A stretch of 63,645 nucleotides of DNA, filler included, from Bigelowiella natans CCMP2755 (GCA_000320545.1; 6 parts of 6 records of this genome joined end to end with filler, not necessarily neighbours in it), one strand, 5' to 3'. Positions 12,405 to 26,198 are shown, numbered from the whole stretch's first letter. The notes: generated by a model not told the origin, from the letters alone. Made by a program: numbers and translations.

Positions 12405-13432
12405 GTCGGATTGGTTGATTGTTGTGTTCGCGAAGGAAAAGCACACGCGCACACAAACACGAATAGCGTTGATGTATACAAATATACATGTTTACACATA
12501 CATATTTCGCATGCGCTATGATAGGAATCGTAGCATATAAGCAGCAGACTATACAAATTATGAGACAGATGCTATCTAGGCTATGTAATGAAGATGAATA
12601 CATTTTTTCAATGGTCTTTCTAATATAGTTGTGTAATGCTGCGGTTATTACAGTGCGCATGTTAAGTCAATTCGTTGAAATTTGTGCAATGGCACGATGT
12701 CAATATCGATCGCGCTAGCGCGACGCTGTGCGGCTGCATAGCTTAGCTATATAATGCAAACGGCTACAGAAAGTTGAATGCAGCGCTGCTTCACGCACGC
12801 GCTCAAAAGAACTCACATTTGCATGTGTGTGTGTGTGCGCACACATATCTAGATATGTGCAATTCATCTCACAGTACATTTACATCTATGTATGCGTGCA
12901 CGCCTGCTAGCCTCAAGCCTTAGTTTGCGACACATGCTATAGTGTCTAGCTGCATGTGGTACACAGTCTACATACACCATAGTTCATCAAGGGCGCTATG
13001 TGTGTTCATGTAAATGTTGCAACGTGTGATTATTTCATGTCCTACCGCTAATTGTGTGCAGTGGTAGACATGACACCACGTGCGCGCGTACCTAATTTTA
13101 TGCATCGCCGACACATGCTGAGCACGCCTAGACGCGCACGTCATAGCGCTAGCGTTTAGCGATGTACTGCTGCAGCTGCGCCGCCCATGACAATAAACAT
13201 GTTTTCACGCCGCCATCGCTGATGCACTACTACCACACTAGCACAACCATAAATTTCTCATGATTACGGAAAAAACAACGCAGACATTCCTAGATTCACC
13301 CGCCCCGGGCAAAATCCCTCAGCATGCATGCTCATGCACGTCATCTGCTGCAGTTCCTAGCTGCCTGTCGTCACACGACCCTCCATCACACATCACACCG
13401 CTAGCCTCCCAATCCTGCGCCACCACCACTTA

Positions 13433-13864
13433 CTAGCTATAAGAGTATGTTCCTCCCGGCTTTGAATAGATGTAATGGGCATTGCCGCCGGAATTCATCA
13501 TATCCGGCAATATGATATCGGCGTATTTCCCCCACAGGGCTTCGAGAATGTGAGGCCGGACGCACGACGTCTTGACCAAGTAGTTCTTCTCCTGCGCAAG
13601 AACGCACGCTGCGTCGCACAGCTTGCTTTCGATCGGCTGCCTCCTACAAACGCGACAGGTTGGTTAGTTTTCTTGGGATATTGGCACCATTGCGCGGGTT
13701 TTTGCGGCTCGGGGGATGATTGATTCCACACTTTTGTGTGGTCATACACAGGGCAAATTATTTCCGGAAATGTTTCTCACAGAAAAGGACCGGATGTGTC
13801 GTGTAGCACTGACGTTGTAGTATTCTCTCTCTCTCTCTCTCTCTCTCTCCCTCTCTCTCTCTCT

Positions 13865-13906
<42 letters not shown>

Positions 13907-16900
13907 GCACTACAAGCTGCAAGTCATGTTTCTATTTGCCAGCCACTGCAATTATTCCTCCTCCTCCTCCTCCTACTATGACGACGACCTTCCTTCGAGG
14001 TCAAGAGAATAGGGGATCTCCACGTGGTGAAGGTCCATAACCTTCCTATCATCGATTTCGTACACCGAGTAGCGTAGAAATGACTCCTTTGAGTTAACTA
14101 CCATAGAGAGCTTGTTATCCGTGATGCTCACCTGTCGCCGATTGTTGTTACGCAATAAGTGACGAGGCGGGAGGGGAAGGGGGGGGGGGGGGGGCGCTAG
14201 TAGTTTCTAGCTTCGAGGCTCGGAACATCTGTCTCGCCATGTTATAATGAGCGAGTGCGGACTTCACAATATTCGTTTTTTGGCATTTTTTGTGTGGTGA
14301 AATGTGGTGGACCTCTCCCGTCTTTGTCCGTTCCTTCTCCTCTAATTCTAACCGCTTCCTCTCCTCCTCCTCTTTCCTTCGCCTCTCCTCCTCCTCTTTC
14401 CTCCTCCTCTCCTCCTCCTCCTTGCGTTTTCTCTCTTCCTCCTCCCGCCGACGCTTCTCCTCGGCCTCTCGCTGCTGCATGGGTGGTGGTGGGGGAGGGA
14501 GGGGGGGGGAGGATGAGCAAACAAAACAAAGGAAAGGCAGAATTGAAAGCAGGGATTGGTTAGATGTTGGGGTGGAGGGCGCGGTGGAAGTCGGAGAGGC
14601 GGCACTATTACAGAGAACACTTTGGCGCCCATGTGAAAGCATTCATCGATACCCTTTTTTCTTCTAATGCTTTTATCCGAGCAGCTTCCTCTTCCTTGGC
14701 CTTTCTCTCTGCTTCTTCTCTCTCCTTCTTCTTCCTTGCCTCCTCCTCCTCGCGTTTCCTCTTCTCCTCCTCCTCCTGCTCTTTCCGCTTTCGCTCAGCT
14801 TCCTCATCTTCCTTCTTCTTCCTGGCCTCCTCCTCTTCCTGCTCTTTCTTTAGTTTTTCTAATCTCTCCTTCTCTGCAGCAGCAGCTGCAGCTTCTTCCT
14901 CCTTCTTCCTCAGTTCATCGGCTTCTCTCGCCTTTTTCTCTGCCTCTTCTCTCTCCTGATCGTATGCGAAAGTTTGTTCTAACATGTTCCCAGATCTCTT
15001 CACTTGAAAATGTGCCCCTATCCCCCCCCTAATCCTCCGCCCCTTCTCCAGGTTTGTGGTTATGTGGTCACCTTCTTCTCCGTCTCTTCTTTCGCTCGTT
15101 GCTCCTCGGACTGTTTAGCTTTCTCGGCGTCTTCTTTGGCCTTCTTTTCAGCGTCTTCTTTGGCCTTCTTTTCAGCATCTTCTTTGGCCTTTTTGGTCGC
15201 TTCATCCTCTCCGCCGCTTCCTTTCGCGTCAGCAGCTTCCTTTGCCGCTTTCTCGGCCTCCTCCTTCTTTTTCCTCTCCATTTCCTCTGCATCCTCAGGC
15301 TAAGCCGCACACACACAGGCGCACATATTTAAATATTTAAATATATATATTATGGTTCGTATATATTAATTCGTGGCGGAAATGCAGTGGGAGGAGAGAG
15401 TTGTCGAATACAATGAGTGGACCTTGTGGATGAAATCGCCTTCTTTCTCCATCAGCTTGCGCACTTTTGCCAACAGCTCCTCTTTCGGGGGTAGATCGTC
15501 GCGTATCTTGAGCAATTCTTCATATGCATCCTGTTTATTGGAGAAACAGCGCCTTTTTTGAAAGCATTGCTACTGCAGCAATAACAACGACTGCTACTAC
15601 ACTAACTCTACTGCTGCATAATAATGGCGGCGTTGTAGACGCAACAGTGGCGATTAATTCTCTCAATTAGGAAGCGGCAAATCGAAGGAGGACAACAAAC
15701 AGCTCCTTATCATTTCGTGAAAATGTCTGGTGGGTACCTCCGCACTGAGGTTTCTCTCGCGCATAAGAATCATGAGCGCCGTGAGAGCTGGCGCCTGGTT
15801 ATTTTCACTTCCCACGATCAAGACATTCCCTGTGGATTTCTCCTCTCCCCCCCCAGAGCCCTCTTCCTTTTTCCCTTCTTCGACCTTATCGCCTGGAAGG
15901 TAGAGCGGGGGGGGGGGGGGGGGGGTTAGAATATGTCTCGAAGTGGCGAAGAGTCACGCGGAAGGAAATCCAGTGTAAAGAGTAGGGTGTGTGCAGTATT
16001 GGCCTCATCATCAAAGTGCCATCCATAAAGAAGTGAAAAAGCAATGTTTTGACTAGTGCTAACGCTAGATGAGTACGAGGTGATTAAAATGATCGTGTGT
16101 TATCGACTGCTCCATCATCGTTGTCGTTGTCGTTGTATGTTGTTGGCCGCACCAAGGTCTTCCACGAGCTTCCTCGCACTCCCCCCATCTACGTTTCCGT
16201 CTTTATCTTGCAAATCCACCTGCTGAATATCTAATTTCGGCAGAATGGTCGCCCCCCCCCCTTCCTTTTCCTCCTTCTTGCTGCCCTCCTCCTTCTTGCT
16301 GCCCTCCTCCTTCTTGCCTCCCTCCTCCTTCTTGCTGCCCTCCTCCTTCTTGCCTCCCTCCTCCTTCTTGCCTCCCTCCTCCTTCTTGCCGCCCTCCTCC
16401 TTTTTCTCTTTGCCATCCATATTAACCACGGTGGAGATGTTAAGCTTCTTCATCTGCTCGTCAGTCACTTCTCCCTTCTTGGCGAGATAGAGGCCGGGGG
16501 CGACCTCCCCAGGGAACTTTTCCTTATTTTCCTCCCCAGGCTCTTTGCCCTCTGCAGTCAGGAAGCCGTAGCGCGCGACGAATTTGTCCATATCTGGAAA
16601 CACATCCGAGGAGAAATCAACAACAACAACAATAACAACAACAGCGACAACAAAAAATGTGATTGTCATCGAGAACGGGGGAAAACCCTCCTCCTCTCAC
16701 GCGCCGCAGCAGTGGAAGAATGGGACTGTTTCCTCGGTTGATACATTAGTGTGGATTGAGAAACGCGCTCGTGGGTGAGGATGAAGGCACGTTTATTGCA
16801 GCACCTTCAAAATAGGCAACTCTCTTCGCCCCCTCGCTGACGAGCAGCTCGCAAAGAGTCATTACTTCCTTCCTTCGATCTTTCAGCCCCACGACGACGA

Positions 16901-17225
16901 TGTGCCCGTCGCGTTTTTCATCGAATTCTTTCGTCGCCTGCAGCGAACACGGTGATGAGAAACACAGTGGTCACAAACGGTGCTCGCTAAACAGCCAATA
17001 TCTGTGCGGGAGGTGAAATCTTATATGAATGGCGAATTTACTCACCTTCGCACTCAGGGCGTTCTGCAGGGGCTCGAGGCTTTTGAGCTCCCCAACATCC
17101 TCAGGCAGCGTCGCCTCTAGGCCGCCTTTAATGTGAGCTTTCACATAATCGCCCTCTGCAGCACGTATACCAAAAGGATATTGAATGGGAAGCGTATTTC
17201 GCACGCGCAACACACGCACCCACAA

Positions 17226-17270
<45 letters not shown>

Positions 17271-17503
17271 CAATGCTGTGATGAATTAATTCCGCCCTTC
17301 TTGCATCTAACAAGACAGTAGGGGCATCAATCAATACAAGGACCTGGGCGCGTGTCTATAATCACACGCTTGGCTTTGAATTGGAGAAAGTTATATACGT
17401 TGGCTGATAATATACAAATCGTGATGATCGAGTGAGCAGATAATTGACGCCTTAGTTTTCGCTTAAACAACGATGAGAAGATCGTTGTTGACTCTATCCA
17501 CAT
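13433..17503 (-). CDS. Rhodanese + inactive dual-specificity-phosphatase domain (MK-STYX/MKP-like) + E/K-rich helix + NATD1/YjdJ-like GNAT domain
   Basis: Rhodanese-like VIIDTRP|EGDYVKAHIKGG. DSP-like FPGEVAPGLYLA..KKLNISTVVNMD and GNVLIVGSENNQAPALTALMILMRERNLSAE|DAYEELLKIR. Three EEEERRRK/AKEDAEKK exons at 14310-15300. Then FLRYSVYEIDDRKVMDLHHVEIPYSL..|IESKLCDAACVLAQEKNYLVKTSC; stop at 13433-13435. Start codon tentative. Confidence 0.72.
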
Positions 17504-18290
17504 GAATTTTATCACGCACTGGTTGAGAAGAGAAGCGTTCCCTTCTGGTTCTTCCCAAGTCTCGCGCCACCCCGTCCCATGAGGCCTTGAGGATCAGTTG
17601 CAAAGAAACAGTTTCAGCTTTCAAGATATTTGGCCGTTTGTCTGGCATTTTGCTTCCGTTTTTCGTCAAAGAGCAATGACAGGAGAGTATTTTTTTAAAA
17701 TATGTTAATGTCTCGCCAAAGTTGCACACGTCTCCCTCCCCTATCCCCCCCAACACAACTAGCACGTAGTGGGTTCGACACATAAACTCAACCGCCATAT
17801 AACCACCTCCACAAGATAGTAGCATTATTATCAACAATTAAAGATTTTATTCCATACGGCGTTATGATATTTTCACATAATCCCATCACACCCACGAAGC
17901 GGGCGAGCGTGTTATCCTAAGAAACGAGGGCGCTGGGGGGGAGAGCACCTGTTCACGAAGAGAGCCGTTTTTGCTCCTTCCAAATCTTAAAATCACCTGT
18001 ATTTTAATAAAAAGACATGCATAGAAAGATCTAAATCTCAATTAATCGGCTCGGGTGCGACAAATCAAAGATCAGAAATATGGATATGTTACCGGCAAAA
18101 AAAGGCAACGTTGTATTTGAACTCTGACGCGAAATCGATGTCAGTTTCGAAATTAATTCAGATTCTGGATAGGATATTATTTGCTTAAAAAAATTACTGC
18201 TGTCTATAGCCTCCTTGCAACATCATCGCAACAATCCTTACCCAGCTCCTATCGGAAACGCTGTGGGGAGGGTGGGGTACTTTGATTACA

Positions 18291-19842
18291 ATGGCTTCGC
18301 GAAAGCTACGAGGGAAATGGAGAGAGGGTTGTGAAAACCATCTCCCCTCTCCTCTCGTTTTAGTTGTCTTGGCGCTGGTCGTTTGCTACGTTCAAGTCCC
18401 AAATCTTCCGAACAGCAATGGCCACCCGAGGCTGTCGGCGTCTGCTTCAGGTGCAGGAGGTTTGTGTTTCTGTCTAGAAATTGAGACGAAGCTCGAGTTT
18501 TAAATTTACACTGTCATGCAGGGGTTGTGAAAAGTCACCGGTCATTCGTTCCTGCACTACCCTCAACACGCGTCTTACGTGCGAGAAGAAAGAGGAGGGG
18601 GACTGTTTGGATCCCAAGCTTGAACCGCCTTCTCTTCGAATCTGACGAAATAAATATCGACGATGACGAAGGGGGGGCGGCTGGGACTTCATACTTCGTC
18701 GACCTGCCGATGGATGACTATAGAGCGGTGCATGTTAAAGACATATTAGGGACGGAATCTGGCGAAGAGGTGATGATAGCGAATTCGCTGACATTTTGAC
18801 CTTAACCATTTAACGGGACGATGGTTCGTGATCAAAAGGTGCGGGTGGGGGTTGTTGATGCTGGAAAGTGCGATAACGCGACAGTGCAATGGCGAGAGTC
18901 AGGTAGGCAAACGCATACGAGCAGGAGAGAGCGACAGGACGGAATAGCAGAGCAGCCCTAGTTTTATATAGGTTAACACCGAATATCTTCCATCTGCGAC
19001 GCAAAACACAACTCGCCGGGATTTCAGCTTTGTGGCAACAAGGATTGAAATCATGCATTGATCAAATCACTGAAGCACGCATTGCTACATCTCAGGGCTT
19101 AGAATAGATCTCTCCCCCGGGGGTGAGGGTGGGGAACTTGCTCAATCTCTTTTACAGAAAGTTGATGATCGCGACCGCCCGGATGTAATCTAGATTATGA
19201 GAGTTTGGTGGCAGGGCGGGAAATATCTGGGAGTGGGCTGCAGATTCAAAGAGACGTTGGCTAGAGAGGGAAGGGGAGGATGGGGGAGCCGCAAATACGC
19301 CGATTTCATCATTGCGTTTTGATCGGTTTTCGCTACGAATTTTTTGCTTACCATTACACCGAAATGAAACTAACGTCGTCGTAACCTTCGTAACGGTCCC
19401 CTTTCCTGCAAAAAGGCGTTGATTTATCGCCCATCGGTGCTTATTGACGGCCTTTTCTGTGATTTCTTTGTGCCTTGTCAAGGTGGAGCTGCTGCTCGCT
19501 CTGCCGCGGCCAAGAGTATTTGAACGCCTTCTACCGGTTATAGCCCAATCAGGTGGTTTTTGGTGCGATTGATGTGGAAGTGATAGGTGGCTAGGAGGCG
19601 CCGTCATTGCCCGTTTTTGGCTTTCTTAGAAATAGATTCACTGCGCGCACCCCGAGCAGAGCGACGGGTTACGCTGTAGAGACTCGAGTTAGTTCACTGG
19701 CAGAGCAAAGGCAGCTAGAACCGCATCGTGCCCATCTCGCGATGGCGATGATCTTATCTCCATCGTGACGCTTTGCAATGCTGATGTCAGGCGTCCGAAA
19801 GCTGTTTGTGGCTGGATCCGCCAAGGTGCTGCATACTTGCAC

Positions 19843-19873
<31 letters not shown>

Positions 19874-20849
19874 TACGCAAACAGAAATGCGCGCGCGCGC
19901 GCGCAAACACATAATAATACCTATACATCCCGGTGAATGCTATTTGTGAGTTTATGTGGTTAAGGGATGATAGCGCCCAATCCTCGAGTTGCAGTCTAAT
20001 ACCTTCAATTTCCCAAACCGCGTCGATGCAATGGCACGGCACCCATTGGCCTGTCCGACTGCTGGCACCTGTGCCTTTGCCGTGTTGTCGCAGGGGGCTT
20101 TTGAAAAACAAAAAAAACAAGAAACACCATCTATCTGCTCATATTGTCGGCAATCGCGTGTTAACTTCCCTCCCCCTCCCCCCCCCCCCCCTTCCTCCTC
20201 ACCGCCACCAGGTTGACACAAGCTACTGGAGCACGCACATGCTAAATCCAACACATACGAGGCATAAAGATGGTCTCCTAAAGGTAGTAAGGGACAAGGC
20301 GCAGGAGCGGGGGGGGGCGGGAAGGGAGGGGGCTGAAAGGGTAGAAGAGAGAAAGAATTGCGAGAAGTATAAGCGAGGCAAACAATGGCGAAAATGCTTG
20401 TTGCGATTGGCGTTATACCATCACCGTATTCGCATAGTCTTCCGTATATTCGTTGCCAGCAGCCTAGATTATGCGATCATACGATGGCAGATTCTCACAG
20501 CTCTTTTTACTTCTCGTCACTGCCTCTCCCCCCCCCCCTCCCCTGTTGGAACACCGGATGGATAGATGCGCGAGAAGCTGAAGGAGGGTAGGGTTGCGGA
20601 CAGTTGTAGATAAGTGCGGATTAGATATAGCAGCGTAATGCAATCTTTCGATATGGATCTTTTCGATATAGAAGCACGGCTAATTTTGATTCAACGATGC
20701 GGTCCTCTATGATCTCGCACTGTGGTGAATTCACGTTGGTGAAGGGGAAAGAGGCCCTTATCCTACGAGATATGCACTGAAGCTGTATCTTTGATGCTTT
20801 GCGATTTCAGGAGCGGCTGTACTTATCTTTCTGTTTTGCTGATTTGCGG

Positions 20850-20892
<43 letters not shown>

Positions 20893-21397
20893 GGGCTGAC
20901 ACAGAGCGGCGACACGGCCTTACCGACGGTGCGGATTGTGAGGAACTTGGAGGGGTTTATAACTTCTGGGGAAGATATAGAAAAGGATTTCCCCAAAGAC
21001 AGGTGTGAGATCTGGATATTCCCCCCTCATGATATGTGTGCTTGCGTGTGTGTGTGGGGGGGGGGGGGAGTGCGCGCGTGTGTGTGTGTTTTGCTCTCGA
21101 GTGATAGCGATGCAAAAGTGGCGGATATCGATGACAATGACAATACACAACTGAAAATAGGAATGCAAAGATTAAAGAACAAAAACGGACGGTGTTTCTC
21201 ATTTAACCCCTCTCTTGATCTACCCTATTCTGACACCGAAACTAGGTATATCCGCCTAGTCTCCCACCCCTCACGCCCCGAACAACAGGCGTCCATTGGC
21301 CTTCCTTTGATTAAGAGGTATTGCGCGCCATTGCGATTACCCCGAGGCCAATTGATATCAGCATTTGTGCTTTGCGGTTGGAATCAAATGTTCAGAA

Positions 21398-21433
<36 letters not shown>

Positions 21434-21635
21434 TGTGTGTGTGTGTGTGTGTGTGCTGTAGGCTCTATGAGCTCGACATGGCATCTTTGATCGATTCACA
21501 AGATAAGAGAGTGCTGCTCGCCGTTGGTCCTGATGGAGGGTATTTCTCATTGAGAAGCTAAGCAGAACTTTTCTCCCCCGCCCCCCCCCCCCCCCCCTCC
21601 CTTCGCCCTCACCCCAAAGAAACACATATACGTTT

Positions 21636-21679
<44 letters not shown>

Positions 21680-22064
21680 TAATCTCCCTTTATTTCTTGT
21701 AAATCCAGATGGGAGGAGCCGTGGGAGGTGGAGAGGTTCTTGGAGATGGGGTTCATTCCCTTCACGCTCGGGGAGCGCGTCCTGCACACTGAGGTGAGAA
21801 TAGAGCAGGAGAAGTATGATTTCGAGTCGTCGACGTGCTTTTTGTTATGAGTAATGGGTTTTTCCCTTGTCACGAGGCAAAAAATTGGCGATGTGTTCAG
21901 CATGAAACACGCAGTCGCATCAGTCTTTCTTCCCACCGACTACTTGTCGCAATACCGGCTCGCTCTCTGATATTGATGTTGTGCAGGTCGCTGTTCCCGT
22001 TTTGGTGGCGCTGCTTCATGACTGGCTAGATAGAGGAAAGGCAGCTCTCAGGAAGAGGGATTGA
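18291..22064 (+). CDS. rsmE: 16S rRNA m3U1498 methyltransferase RsmE with N-terminal bipartite (likely plastid) leader
   Basis: Exons give LNRLLFE..DYRAVHVKDILG|VRVGVVDAG, VELLLALPRPRVFERLLP, GVRKLFV..K|VDTSYW, GLTQSGDTALP, VLLAVGPDGG|W..EVERF..FTLGERVLHTE|VAVPVLVA (SPOUT knot motifs). Leader has hydrophobic LVLVVLALVVC, then an Arg/Ser-rich stretch. Confidence 0.9.
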
Positions 22065-22834
22065 CCATCAGCGCACTTTGTTCGATCACGCCAGCAGCAA
22101 TCATCGATCGGTGCTGCAACGTCTGGCCAAGACAAACTGCATTAGTAGTCATTTGCTAGGTTCATCGCGCTCTATGTGCTGCAGCAACGCCACCATAGAA
22201 GCGGGCGTGCTTATTAGTGAAATGGTAGAGCAAGTGCACTACAGCGCCACTGCGTGTATCGCATCTTGATTATAATAATCTTGCGATGATAGCAGACGTA
22301 CATCCAGACCTAGCTCGCTAGAGACATGGGTTGCCGCATCATCTAGTCATGCACATGCAAACGCTGCCTCTAGATCTACAAGTAATAATAATAAAATCCA
22401 CAAGGAGATCACGTAATAGCATCGCACAAGAGCAGACTAGCAAGCAAATTGAAGGCCAGCCGTAGCATAGCTAGATAAGCCTAGCTAGCAATGTCTATCA
22501 GTGTAGAGGCGCACCATTATTGTTACTAGATAATTTAGCGAGCTAGTATGTAGCAAGCTAGCAAGCGCCGTGCAAGAAGTCTACGAACCTAGCGCTGTCT
22601 AGCTGTGCACATGTGCGTCAGTAGCACTCATGCTAGCATGGGTTGTGCCATCCCTGCAATCTAGCAATGCTAGAATGCTAGCGCTAGAATGGCGCTCGCA
22701 ATGACAATGCGACTACGCTAGCATGATATCTTCCCCCGACAAATTCGCTTTTGCTATTCAACATGCACACTGCCGCTTTAGTTTAGATCTACACGTAGCG
22801 TACATCGCGGTGCCAGGAGCAAGGAGCCCCGCCA

Positions 22835-24244
22835 CTAAGGTTTCGTCGGCGACTTGCTATCGCCCTTGGAAGCAGCAGCAGCAGCAGCAGCAGCGGCTCT
22901 TTTGTTGATGACATCCACGGTCTCTTGCTTGAGTTCCCCAGAGCCGCCCCTCAGCTTCTTCCGCACGCTGGCATCGATTTGATAGCCGCCCACGATCTTC
23001 ATGAGCTCCTTGAATTCTGGGGAGAACTTAAACGGCCCCAGCTTGTCCTTCGAGATGAGGGAGATCACCTCTCCCTCCGACTCGACGAACGTCGAGGCCG
23101 AGGCATTGCTGCCCTCAACCTCCTTCATCACGCGCTTGGCCATCGAGGCGGAGATGTTCACTTGGCGGTCGCAGCCGGGGCGGATAAACCTCTCCATGAG
23201 CTGCGCGGCTTTCTCGTTGACCTTCTTCTGGTCGCGCTCGTCGCTCAGGTCCAGCGCCTTTGCCCACTTGCGGTAGGCGCGCGCCTCGTGCCAGAACTCG
23301 ATGCTCTCTTCCGCGTACTGCGATTTCAGGTACTGGGTGAAAAGCTCAATGCCTTTCGGGTGGTAGATGATTGAGCGGATTTGGCACTTCCTTCCGGCGA
23401 TCTTGAGCTCAACCTAGAGGGGGGGTTTGACGCGGGTGATGAGTGATAAATGCCAGGGATAGGGAAGAGGACGGCTGCGGTAGTGGTGGGGCATGAACGT
23501 ACCGAAACACAACTATCCTTATTTCATTACTTTTGTTGTATGTTATGTAGTGCGTGGTAAGTACGTCGGCGAGCGCCTCCGGTCTGTCAGCGAAGAACCC
23601 TCTAAAGTCCTTCCTGCTCATTGCCAGCAGCACTGTGCGTTTCGTCGTTCGCACGGTGGCAGTGCGGGACATATCGTCTATTACAATCGCCACCTCTCCA
23701 AAGTACCTTAGAGGAAGAAGAAGAAGAAGAAGAGGAAAAGTGGGAGAGAGGGGAGAGGGGGGGGGGGGGAAGGAGAAAAAAAAACCTGCTTATACTACTA
23801 CACGCATCTTCAATAGCACGGATGGCCAATGCTGTACGCGCGTCGCTATTCTCCTAGAAGTCACATCGCAACGCAGCTTACTACTTTCCCTGGCCGAGTC
23901 TGATGAGCGGCTTGCCCCCCACACTGACTGAGACCTCGCCGAGGTAGATGATGTAGAACTGCGTGCCCTGCTCCCCCTCCCTGAAGATAATCTCGTCGGC
24001 CTCGAAGCACTGCACGCGGCAGCTCAGCGCGAGCTGGCGGAAGGAGGACTGCCGGATGGCGTCAAAGAACGGGATGTTGTACTGGTGGAAGGTCCCGACG
24101 ATGCGCTCGCGCATAACCGAGTCCATATCGAGCCCGGCGACCTTCACGAATGCCTTGAACGTCCTCTCGTCGAGGGAGATGAGGATGCTGCGCGACTTGG
24201 CCATATCGTCGCGGTCCGCGGAATATTGGGCAGCATCAAGGAGA
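22835..24244 (-). CDS. Cyclic-nucleotide-binding domain(s) + RGS domain protein, 5' partial
   Basis: cNMP motifs IIFREGEQGTQFYIIYLGEVSV..LGQGK|YFGEVAIV..RTATVRT. RGS motifs GIELFTQYLKSQYAEESIEFW..ERFIRPGCDRQVNIS..LISKDKLGPFKFSPEF. Truncated by the spacer. Confidence 0.9.
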
Positions 24245-24344
24245 NNNNNNNNNNNNNNNNNNNNNNNNNNNNNNNNNNNNNNNNNNNNTTAATTAATTAA
24301 NNNNNNNNNNNNNNNNNNNNNNNNNNNNNNNNNNNNNNNNNNNN
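24245..24344. other. Artificial contig spacer
   Basis: N44-TTAATTAATTAA-N44 (stops in all frames). Confidence 0.97.
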
Positions 24345-24564
24345 AACATACCCCCCCTCCCTCCCCCCCTGCCCTAGAATGAAGGACTCTTTTCGGGTAT
24401 CCGATTGGCGTGGCAGTAGCACTGCTGGTGGAGGAGGAGGACGATGAAGAAGACAGCATGGAGAGCACGTCCCCGCTATGCAGCGAATCTGCAATAATAT
24501 CATCAATCTGCTATTATCGTTCTGTGTGAATAATGCTGTGAGAAGCAAGAACCGGAACAATATT

Positions 24565-24595
<31 letters not shown>

Positions 24596-24663
24596 TTACA
24601 CACATATATTATTATATTATTGTTTTTATTTGAATGTCTTATAAGTATTTGTTTGGTGGTAGT

Positions 24664-24701
<38 letters not shown>

Positions 24702-25227
24702 GCAGTAGGCAGTAGTAGTAATAGTAGCAGTAGTAGCACCTGTCATGTAGCGTATGCTTCCAACAAAACTATCCGCCAAGGCACGAATCGAGTACTCTTC
24801 GTTCTACGACGTAGGGTGGGGGGGGGGTACAACGATGGATTGACGATGATGTGCCGATGATGTGCCGATGTTGAATTTACAACGAAGCAGTAATTACAAC
24901 AACAATAACAATAATGATACTAATGGAAGACAATTCGTGCGTTGGGAGAAATCACGTCTTTTGCGTATTATCAGCAGACAGAGCAACCAGAATTTAAAGC
25001 AAGCCGCGAAGTAGTCTCTATCATAATCGTCCGTACGTACGCTTCGCCGCACAACAGTCGAAAGCCATTCAAAACAAATCTACCAAACGAATATGTGATA
25101 TTTGGGAACAATACCCTGCTCGTTTCATCTGGCCTTGGGACTCTTGGAGCGTAGGTGCCACTGCCCCCCCCCCCTCCTCCACCACCGCTCTGGCTGTTTA
25201 TGCACCTGCTGCGACCCTATGTGTGTG

Positions 25228-25265
<38 letters not shown>

Positions 25266-25424
25266 TATGCGTGTGTGTGTGCTTCGAGGAAGTAGAAGAG
25301 ACATCTCTAGATGTTTGCCTTTCCTTTGGCTACTATGCGTGGTCGTTGGTCATTCATTCAATCACCCATCGATTTTGCTCAATCGCTGCTACTTACTAAC
25401 TGCTACATGTGCATCATTTTGTTG

Positions 25425-25588
25425 TTATCTCGGACTCACAGCTTCCCTCATACGACTACTACGGTGCTTCTTAGTTGCTATTCGTCGTTCTTGTCGCACC
25501 CATTTGCTACTTGAGCCGCTCCTCTTCATCTTGCCCTTGCCATTTCCCGCCTGGTGTGTGTTGTTGCACGAGGGAGATCGATCCGACA

Positions 25589-25626
<38 letters not shown>

Positions 25627-26157
25627 CAGAGAGAGAGAAAGGCGTGTGTTCTCATTTAGCACATAGGAGGGAAAAAACACACACGGCAGAAAAGCAAAAG
25701 AACCTCAACGGCTAGATTCCAAACTCTCTCCCCCCCTCCTCCCCCCCCCCCCTTTCCTTCTCTGGGTTGCCGCACATCGAACTCACCCTCATAGAGCACC
25801 ACGGTATGCAGCAGTTGTCACTTTTGCTGCTCTTCGAAAACGCGACGCTAAGGCCGAGGAGGGACGCAGCGACGATTCCAAGGGATCCTGCTGATATGAG
25901 GAAAATCAACCCGTATTCGGTGAGAAGGCCATCCTTGCTATCCTCCTCCTCTCGCATGTGCTCTTGGATTTCCTTCGGAACCACTCGCTTCCAGAGTAAA
26001 GACCGGCCAGGAAGTTGGGGTACCAAGAAGGGAGGGGGGAGGAGGAGGAGGAGGAGGAGGAAGAGGAGGGGAGGACTCAGCTTGTTATTTCGATGATTCT
26101 CCACCTTTCTATTAATGGATAAGACAGATATTAACCCCCCCCCTCCCCCCTCCCTTT

Positions 26158-26198
<41 letters not shown>

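Noticed and set aside
14242-15332. Long plus-strand Ser/Phe/Leu-rich ORFs
   Set aside because: Antisense shadows of the E/K/R-rich exons on the minus strand.
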